Positions 16,751 through 25,062 of a DNA stretch of 25,062 nucleotides are shown here, in pieces. A model generated the notes under the pieces. It was not told the origin of the DNA. It saw only the letters and a program-made list of their open reading frames with translations, and did not search any database. Positions within the stretch are counted from its first letter, which is position 1, and every line of letters starts with the position of its first letter. Both the position numbers and the translations under genes were made by a program. The stretch lies in NCBI GenBank assembly GCA_027492205.1, contig JAOZFN010000015.1:1-25062 (forward strand), in the 5' to 3' direction. This stretch comes from Thermoproteota archaeon (lineage in GTDB: Archaea; Korarchaeota; Korarchaeia; Korarchaeales; Korarchaeaceae).

Positions 16751-17320
16751 CCAGGGGAGTCGCGGTCACACCAGTTAAACACTTTTGAAGATCTGGCCTG
16801 CGGGCCCGTGGTGGGGAAGCTCGTCTCAGTGGTTACGGTTTCTCGCCAGATCTTCCCTCAGGATATTCGCCTGGACATGGTGCCTGATGGAATTCCCACC
16901 GCCACCTAACCGGCGCGCGCCGGGGCCTGGGCCGGTCTTCACTTCGGGTGAGCCGCCCCTGGGGAAGGGGTCTGGAGGCGAGCTTGGAAGGGAGACGCCG
17001 ACACGGGGTTCTACACTCCGTGAAGGTGCCGGGGGTGGGGGGTGAGTCTGCCCGGCCGGCGGCACGGCCCATCCAGGAGCGGGGAGGGGGAGACCCGCCG
17101 GCGGCGAGCGAGGGCTGCGAGCAGAGAGACGTCTTGGTCGCCGAGCTCAGCCTGGACGAAGGGTTCGCTCGAGTGGGCCAACGCTTGGGACGGGGTTGCG
17201 ACGAGAGGGCAGAGAGACCCACGGAGAACTCGGCGACGAGTGTGAGAACGGGTCGAAAAGCTGGGGCGGCGCCTGAGACGCTGCGCCCATTTTTTACGTC
17301 CCGACCTGGGGGTTGGGCTC

Positions 17321-19801
17321 GTGGTGAGCTTGTCCGGTAGGAGGTGCCAGCTCGCTCCCCTCATAGCCCTACTGGTTCTGGTGGCGATCCCAGCTCCCCA
17401 CCCGGCTCAGGGGGGGCCTGGGGGGAGTTCGCCGGGGCAGAGGTACTGGATACCGGTCGCGGTCGACTCCCCAGGGGTCGTATCCGTCGAGGTCGACCTG
17501 AGGTCGCTCGAGTCATCACTCCCGGCGGCCGGGAGGCTCGACCCCCTCACCGCCGCGGTCGTCGGGCCGGACGGCAGTGAGCTGAGGCCGCGCGTGCAGC
17601 CGGGCCAGCTGGAGCTTATCGACGACCTGGAGTCCGGGGTCGACCTCTGGTCCGGGAGGAAGTGTCTCCTCAGGCCGAGCGGAGACGCGGCCGTCGGGAG
17701 CGGGGCGCTCGAGTTCCGCGCGGGAGCCGTGGAGGGCTCCTGGGTCAGGATCAACATCCCGGCCTCCGAGCTGTCGTCCCACAGCCGACTGATCTTCTGG
17801 GGGAAGGGCAACTTCACGGCCGTGCTGAGGGACGCCACGCTCCCGCAGGAACTGGGATCCGCTTACGTGGCGTCCCCGGACTACCGGATCGTCGAGATAG
17901 CCTACGATCCATCTCAGGTGTCCGAGAAGAGGCCCTACGCCCTGTTCCTGATCCCAAATGACGTTACCGAGATCAACCGCGTGGACGAGGTCACCCTGGC
18001 CGGGGACTCTGTGACGCTCAGCTGGAGGGCCGAGTCCCCGGGAGAGTACAGGGTCCTGCTCGACACCGTCTCCTATCCGGGCCCGCGAGACGCGCTGCTG
18101 GGCCTTGAGTCTGGTCCAGAGGCCTCCTTCACCGTGGGTGAGCCCGGAGGGTTCGTGGTTCAGCCCTCCATCTCCGACGGCCAGACGCTCTCCGGCGTGG
18201 TGCGGCTCGAGGTCCGGGTCCAGGGGAACCTCTCCCCGATCGAATGGGTTCAGGCCAGGCTGGACTACGTGGGGGCTGGCCAGGGGGAGTGGGGAGACCC
18301 CTCCTGGGGGGTCCTGCTGAACCTCTCGCCGGCCGGGGACGGCAGCTGGGTGGCTGAGTGGGACACTGCCCACACGACGTGGGACGGCCTCCACTCGATC
18401 AGGTTTAGGGCCGCCGAGGAGGGCGGCAGGGTGGCGGAGTCCGAGGTCTCCGTGTGGGTCTGGAATGTCGAGAACGGCACGAGGCTGGATCCCGACAGGA
18501 CCGAGTTCTCATTCGTGGTGATCGGGGACAACAGGCCGTCGGGCGGGTGGAGGCAGCCCGGGGTCTACGAGCAGCTGCTTGCGGACGCCGTCCTCAGGGG
18601 CCCGGACCTCTACTTCAACGTCGGCGACGTGGTCTACAGCGGAGAGTTCCGGGAGTACGTTGACTTCGTCAGGGCCACCAGCGCCATCAGGGGCCCCCTG
18701 TTCATAGCCATGGGGAACCACGAGGACTCGATCGGGAAGGAAGGCCAGGACAACTTTCTGCACTTCTTCGGCAAGCTCTTCTACTCCTTCGACTACGGGA
18801 ACTCGCACTTCGTCGTACTGAACGCCAACGTCGTGGGGCACAGGTACACCCTGAGCGAGCAGCAGATCGAGTGGCTCGAGAGGGATCTAGAAGAGCACTC
18901 CGACGCGGAGCACGTTTTCGTGTTCATCCACCAGCCGGTCTACAAGTACGCGCACGGGCTTGAGGACCCGAGCGTGGAGAGCAGGCTCAGGCGGATATTT
19001 GAGAGCCACGGGGTGGACTGCGTGTTCCAGGGCCACGAGCACATGTTCTACTCCGGCGAGGAGGGTGGGGTCAGGTTCTTCATCACCGGGGGCGGCGGCG
19101 CCGAGCTCGACCCGCAGTACCCGCCCGACACGCTCTTCTTCCACTACATCCTCGTGAAGGTCCGCGGCGGGGAGGTCAGATACGAGGTCGTCAAGCCGCC
19201 GGTGCTGGAACTCTCGGATGTTGACGTGGGGGCGATCCTCACACACGAGGGAGAGTTCGTCGTGTCGGGGAGGACCCAGCCCTTCGCAAAGGTGCTGGTC
19301 GACGGGGAGGAGGTCAGCCCGTCCTCGAACGGCATGTTCAGGGTGAGGGTCCGCCTCCAGCCCGGGCTGAACGAGGTCAGGGTGAGGGCGGAGGCCGGGG
19401 GCAAGTCGGTCGAGAGGACCGTCAGGGTCCTCTACAGGCCCGTGCCGACCGTGAGGCTGGGAGGTCCGGTCAGGCCGGGCGAGGAACTCGAGGTCTCGGT
19501 CGGCTGCCTCGGCTCTCCGGCGCCCGGCGCGGTGGTGCGCCTGGACGGGGTGGAGGCGGCAGCCGACGAGTTGGGTAGAGCCAGGCTGGTCGTGCCACGG
19601 GGGGAGAAGGAACTCCTTCTGGAGGTTCACGCGAGCGGGTGCCAGCCCTACGTGGAGATCCTGTACCCAGAGGCCGGCACGGTCGGCGGAGGCGGCGTGG
19701 AGCTGCCGAGAGGGGTCGTGGTCGCCGTCGTGGTCATGGCAGCGGCTGTGGCAGCGATGGTCCTGAGGAGGAGGGGCAGATCTCCCTCCCCCTCCACCTG
19801 A
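17321..19801 (+). CDS. Secreted, C-terminally anchored calcineurin-like metallophosphoesterase (purple acid phosphatase-like) with beta-sandwich/Ig-like domains
   Basis: Signal peptide. Motifs VIGDNR, VGDVVY, MGNHE, FIHQP, GHEH and ITGGGG. Ig-like segments (VSGRTQPFAKVLVDG..LQPGLNEVRVRA). C-terminal TM followed by RRRGR. Confidence 0.9.
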   Translation: MVSLSGRRCQLAPLIALLVLVAIPAPHPAQGGPGGSSPGQRYWIPVAVDSPGVVSVEVDLRSLESSLPAAGRLDPLTAAVVGPDGSELRPRVQPGQLELIDDLESGVDLWSGRKCLLRPSGDAAVGSGALEFRAGAVEGSWVRINIPASELSSHSRLIFWGKGNFTAVLRDATLPQELGSAYVASPDYRIVEIAYDPSQVSEKRPYALFLIPNDVTEINRVDEVTLAGDSVTLSWRAESPGEYRVLLDTVSYPGPRDALLGLESGPEASFTVGEPGGFVVQPSISDGQTLSGVVRLEVRVQGNLSPIEWVQARLDYVGAGQGEWGDPSWGVLLNLSPAGDGSWVAEWDTAHTTWDGLHSIRFRAAEEGGRVAESEVSVWVWNVENGTRLDPDRTEFSFVVIGDNRPSGGWRQPGVYEQLLADAVLRGPDLYFNVGDVVYSGEFREYVDFVRATSAIRGPLFIAMGNHEDSIGKEGQDNFLHFFGKLFYSFDYGNSHFVVLNANVVGHRYTLSEQQIEWLERDLEEHSDAEHVFVFIHQPVYKYAHGLEDPSVESRLRRIFESHGVDCVFQGHEHMFYSGEEGGVRFFITGGGGAELDPQYPPDTLFFHYILVKVRGGEVRYEVVKPPVLELSDVDVGAILTHEGEFVVSGRTQPFAKVLVDGEEVSPSSNGMFRVRVRLQPGLNEVRVRAEAGGKSVERTVRVLYRPVPTVRLGGPVRPGEELEVSVGCLGSPAPGAVVRLDGVEAAADELGRARLVVPRGEKELLLEVHASGCQPYVEILYPEAGTVGGGGVELPRGVVVAVVVMAAAVAAMVLRRRGRSPSPST

Positions 19802-20891
19802 CGCAGGCCCTCCCCCGCCTGAAGAGGTGGGCCCTCCACAGCCCCAGGGCCACCACCAGCCCACCCGAGGGAAAGAGAACCACGGACAGGGGGTCAGCTC
19901 GAACCTCCCTAAATATTATCGGCGTGAGGCCGTGCACAATCTCTGCAGTCGAGGCGAGCAGGGCCGCCTTCACGGGAACCAAGCCTAGAGGCGCCATCAG
20001 AAGCGCCAGCGGGGGCCAGGCGTACAAGGCCGCCAGTCCTGCAGCCACCCCGGCGGCGTTCATGGGGCTGAGGGGCGCGTCCCTGGAGGAGATCCTGGCC
20101 ACGGCGTCCAGCGCCTCGCGGGCGGAGGTCGCCCACGTGGACCTGACCGCACCCACCCCCCTGAGCATGGTGACCCTGAAGCCGCGAGAGGCGAGCAGCC
20201 TCGCGAGATCCCTGTCCTCGACCGGGGAACTCCTCACCGCCTCGTGGCCGTCGACCCCCACGTACGCGCGGCGCCAAACGGCGAAGAAACCCCCGAACCC
20301 CCAAGACCTCTCGTCGGGCGACCCGACCCTCCACTGGGGAAAGAAGATTCTGATGGTCGTCGCCAGGGCGAGTTCTGCGGCGCAGGCCAAGCCTCGACAC
20401 GAGTAGGTCGGGGAGACCGTCGCGGCGTCGGCCCCCTCCAGCGCGTACACGATCCCAGAGACGGCCCACTCCGCGACCTCCACGTCGGCGTCGACGAACA
20501 GGAGCACCTCCCCCGAACTCTCTGAAAAGCCGATCCAGCAGGCCCACGTCTTCCCGAGCCACCCCTCGGGCGGTTCAGGGGCCCGGACGAGCCTGAACCT
20601 CGGATCCCCGGCCGCCGCCTCGAGGGCCTCATCGGGAGTCCCGTCCGTGGAGGAGTCGTCGACGACGATGACCTCCAAATCACCGTAGTCCTGCGAGAGC
20701 AGCGATCTCACACACCTGCCCACGCGCCCCCTCTCGTTCCTGGCCGGGACTATTACGGAAACCCTCGGACCGCCTCTGACTCTGGCGGGGTTGAGTCTCG
20801 GGATCCTCGACATGCCCAAGAGGGCCCGAACCGCCAGCCAGGCGTGGATCGCGCCTAGGGCGATCGTCAGGAGGGTCGCCGCGGCGCCCAA
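19734..20891 (-). CDS. GT2 family glycosyltransferase (CrtQ/HpnB-like), membrane-bound
   Basis: VSVIVPARNE, VIVVDDSSTDGT, PPEGWLGKTWAC, FVDADV, EDRDLA, C-terminal TM helices and V.WRGR. Start set to TTG 20891, which begins a TM helix and avoids overlap with the divergent DHH gene. Confidence 0.88.
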   Translation of the reverse strand: MGAAATLLTIALGAIHAWLAVRALLGMSRIPRLNPARVRGGPRVSVIVPARNERGRVGRCVRSLLSQDYGDLEVIVVDDSSTDGTPDEALEAAAGDPRFRLVRAPEPPEGWLGKTWACWIGFSESSGEVLLFVDADVEVAEWAVSGIVYALEGADAATVSPTYSCRGLACAAELALATTIRIFFPQWRVGSPDERSWGFGGFFAVWRRAYVGVDGHEAVRSSPVEDRDLARLLASRGFRVTMLRGVGAVRSTWATSAREALDAVARISSRDAPLSPMNAAGVAAGLAALYAWPPLALLMAPLGLVPVKAALLASTAEIVHGLTPIIFREVRADPLSVVLFPSGGLVVALGLWRAHLFRRGRACVRWRGREICPSSSGPSLPQPLP

Positions 20892-20956
20892 GTCCCCGCA
20901 CCAACCGCGGCATTGTTTAATGCCGCAGGCGGGGGGGCGGTCGGGAGGAGTTAACT

Positions 20957-21946
20957 TTGCTGAGCGGCGTCTCATCCGCCATCGCAGCCCTGAGATTGCG
21001 CCTCAGAAGGCCCAAGATCCTGATAATAGCTCACGGGGACGTCGACGGCGTGATAAGCGCGGTGATAGCCGCTCGGGCGCTGGGGGATGATCCCACCTTC
21101 CTGTTCTCCGGCCCGAGGAGCGTCCACCGGACCCTGGCCACGATTCCCCCCGGCCCCGGCCGGATAGTCCTGGTGGACATCGGCGTGAACGCGAACAGGC
21201 TCGACGAGCTCGAGCGTCAGCTCGGGAGGTTGAGAGAGTCCGGGTGGAGGGTGACGTGGATAGACCACCATCAGTGGCCCGACGGGGCCGTAGAGAGGCT
21301 CTCCCAGTACGCCGACAGGGTGGTGGTGAGGCCGGCCCCCAGCGCCGCCCGAGTCGTCCTGGACGAGCTTGGAGGGGACGGCTACGCGAGAGAACTTGTT
21401 AGGATTGCAGACGATGCGGACACGGCAACCTATCGGACGGAACTCGCCAGGATGTACAGGCCGCTCACCAGGATCAGGTCTAGGAGGGAGTACCTGCTCA
21501 GGAGCCTCCTGGAGGGCCGCCTGAACGACCCTAAGATCGCGGAGTGGGGAACGGAGAGCATGGACACCGAGAGGAGAGCCGTGGAGGAGGCTCTGGCGAG
21601 GGCTGAGGTTCGGGTCACCAAGTCAGGCAGGAAGTACGCCCTGATAGACCTGCGGCCCCGCGGCGGGCCCGGCTCGGCAGTCGCCAAGAAGATGGCCGCC
21701 GAGCACGGAGTGTCATTTTCCCTGGTGATCTACACCTGCGGGAGGTTCTCTCTGTACGCCGGGGCCGAGAAGGACATCAACCTGAGGCCGATATGCGAGG
21801 AGGCGGACGGCGGCGGGCATCCCTACGCGTGCGGGGGAAGGATAAGGCTCCCCCTCCACAAGAGGGTACTCTGCAGTCTCCTCGGGAGGAGGTACACGCC
21901 CCGGGAGATCGGAGAACTCGTGAGAAGGGTGGAAGAGCGATTCTGA
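20957..21946 (+). CDS. DHH/DHHA1 family phosphoesterase (NrnA/RecJ superfamily)
   Basis: AHGDVDG, LVDIG, WIDHH and GGGHPYACG motifs. SD GGAGGAG precedes the TTG start. Confidence 0.9.
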   Translation: MLSGVSSAIAALRLRLRRPKILIIAHGDVDGVISAVIAARALGDDPTFLFSGPRSVHRTLATIPPGPGRIVLVDIGVNANRLDELERQLGRLRESGWRVTWIDHHQWPDGAVERLSQYADRVVVRPAPSAARVVLDELGGDGYARELVRIADDADTATYRTELARMYRPLTRIRSRREYLLRSLLEGRLNDPKIAEWGTESMDTERRAVEEALARAEVRVTKSGRKYALIDLRPRGGPGSAVAKKMAAEHGVSFSLVIYTCGRFSLYAGAEKDINLRPICEEADGGGHPYACGGRIRLPLHKRVLCSLLGRRYTPREIGELVRRVEERF

Positions 21947-21991
21947 TCGGGGGCCAGGGGTGCCCGGGGAATCCGCGACGGGCTGCTCAGA

Positions 21992-22876
21992 TCAGCCCCC
22001 GACCAGGCTTCGAATCAGTCGCCTCGCCCTGTCGACCACTTCACTAGGCTGGATGGGGCCACCCTCCGTCGCGTAGATTGAGACGTATCTCGCCGGGACG
22101 ACCTCAAAGATCGGGCACTCCAGCTCAACCCCCTCGGGCGGCTCAGGGAGTCCCTCGCACGAGGAGGTCTCAGGCCTCCGGAATCGACCCCAGACATCCA
22201 CCTTCAGGAGGTCGGTGGTCACGACCAGCGGGACCCCAAATGCGTCGCACGCCAGGGCCATAGAGAGCGTCCCGACTTTGTTCACGAGAGATCCGTCGCC
22301 TAGCACCGCGTCGGCGCCGACCAGGCCAGCGTCGGCCTCTCCAACGTGGGAGGGTATCGCGGAGTCCGGGATCACCCTCACACTCACCGGGAGGGAGGCG
22401 AGCCTCTTGGCCGTCTGCAACCCCTCTCCGAGTGGCAGGCTCTGGGACACCACGATCTCCCTAAGTGACCCGGAGAGGGCCGCCCTTCTTAGGGCCTCGA
22501 AGGCCGTCGAACTCCAGCTGAGCGTTACGACCCTCCGCACGCCCTTCATCTGCTCCGCAGCCACCTCGGCCGCCCGGAACCTGGCTGACCGGACGTGCTC
22601 CCTCAGCGCCTCCAGCCTGCCCGCGGCGCCCGCGGGCCACCCTCGGAGAGACTTCATCGCAAAAGCAAGGTTGAGGAGAGGAACCATCTCTGGGTGAGAG
22701 GCGCTGAGAGTCTTCACCTCTTCGAGAACAGACTCCTTCGGCAGGCCCAGCCGCGCCGAGTCTATGAGCAGGTCCAGCGCCCTCTGGAAGATCTCTGAGG
22801 CGCCTGAGCGCCTGTCCCCGGCAAGCTGCCTTAGGCCCTCGAGCGGGTCTCGCTCGGAGCGGTCGAATCGTCCCAC
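21992..22876 (-). CDS. eIF-2B alpha/beta/delta-family protein (archaeal aIF-2B delta-like)
   Basis: DRRSGASEI, HPEMVPL.N, TLSWSST, SQSLPLGEG, IPDSA, LVGADAV..DGSLVNKVGT, FEVVP, TEGG. Confidence 0.88.
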   Translation of the reverse strand: MGRFDRSERDPLEGLRQLAGDRRSGASEIFQRALDLLIDSARLGLPKESVLEEVKTLSASHPEMVPLLNLAFAMKSLRGWPAGAAGRLEALREHVRSARFRAAEVAAEQMKGVRRVVTLSWSSTAFEALRRAALSGSLREIVVSQSLPLGEGLQTAKRLASLPVSVRVIPDSAIPSHVGEADAGLVGADAVLGDGSLVNKVGTLSMALACDAFGVPLVVTTDLLKVDVWGRFRRPETSSCEGLPEPPEGVELECPIFEVVPARYVSIYATEGGPIQPSEVVDRARRLIRSLVGG

Positions 22877-23053
22877 GCGGGTCCGTTAGGGGAGGATCAT
22901 ATAACCGGTGCCAAGCGCCCGGGGGCCGATTCCGCCCGTTCACACCGTTTCAACGGGGGCCCTTTTTATGGCCCCCCGGAAGGTCTACACTGCCGATACC
23001 ATGCGAGCGAACGCTTCTTCAGGGGGGCCGCCGGCCCGGGGGGTGCGGTCACG

Positions 23054-24889
<1,836 letters not shown>

Positions 24890-24890
24890 A

Positions 24891-24905
24891 GTCAATCTTT
24901 TTGAC
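24891..24905 (+). terminator. T-rich terminator-like / short palindrome GTCAA-TCTTT-TTGAC after glmS
   Basis: Lies immediately after TGA 24889 and contains a T5 run. Confidence 0.35.
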
Positions 24906-24938
24906 GGCCGCCCCCCCGAGCCGTCGGGGGGTGAGCCC

Positions 24939-25062
24939 TTGCCCGAGATAGAGGAGATAGGGCCGCGCAGGGTTGAGAGGGTCGGCGCCCACAGCCACGT
25001 CAGGGGACTCGGGCTTGACGAGAACATGAAGGCCCTGCCCGCGGCCGACGGGCGCGTCGGCA
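24939..25062 (+). CDS. tip49: TIP49/RuvB-like AAA+ helicase (TBP-interacting protein), 5' fragment running off the window
   Basis: Not in the ORF track. TTG at 24939 after SD GGGGTGA gives MPEIEEIGPRRVERVGAHSHVRGLGLDENMKALPAADGRVG, the hallmark TIP49/Rvb N-terminal motif (R.GAHSH.RGLGLD...DG.VGQ). Confidence 0.9.
   Translation, partial: MPEIEEIGPRRVERVGAHSHVRGLGLDENMKALPAADGRVG

Noticed and set aside
21992-22876. Ribose-1,5-bisphosphate isomerase or MtnA assignment
   Set aside because: The catalytic Cys motif (THC) is replaced by TLSWSS and the N-terminal RGA motif by SGA, which fits the aIF-2B delta-like group better.
22900-23053. glmS ribozyme or other structured RNA upstream of glmS
   Set aside because: No recognisable glmS ribozyme core. 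The region is explained by divergent TATA-like boxes (about 22899-22904 on minus, 22963-22969 on plus).

Overview
GC-rich archaeal DNA, probably from a thermophile. Evidence: archaeal Cdc48/VAT ending in an HbYX motif, archaeal Hsp20, an HSR1/Phr-type regulator, an aIF-2B-like protein, TIP49, and TATA-type promoters. The right 60% is mostly recognisable housekeeping genes: a heat-shock locus (regulator, hsp20, cdc48), a GNAT acetyltransferase, a deacetylase-like protein, an isoaspartyl peptidase, a surface metallophosphoesterase, a GT2, a DHH phosphoesterase, the aIF-2B-like gene, glmS and the 5' end of TIP49. The left part holds an unusual five-gene module (about 1.6-9.9 kb) made of two convergent operons. 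The + operon encodes a winged-helix protein fused to a PspA/ESCRT-III-like helical domain (CHMP7-like architecture) and a second, divergent Cdc48. That Cdc48 has a degenerate D1 ring, a C4 zinc-ribbon insertion and no HbYX tail. The - operon encodes a wHTH regulator, a cytoplasmic double GIFT (GldG/IFT52-like) coiled-coil protein and a single-pass membrane protein with an external GIFT domain and a cytoplasmic WH-like tail. Both promoters carry a shared AAC-N6-GTTNAC motif related to the heat-shock operator. Two heavily frameshifted pseudogenes missed by the ORF track (THUMP and PIN/VapC) bracket the module. The two cdc48 genes share perfectly identical inverted tracts of 137, 54 and 38 bp. 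All domain calls were made by eye from motifs; no database search was run.
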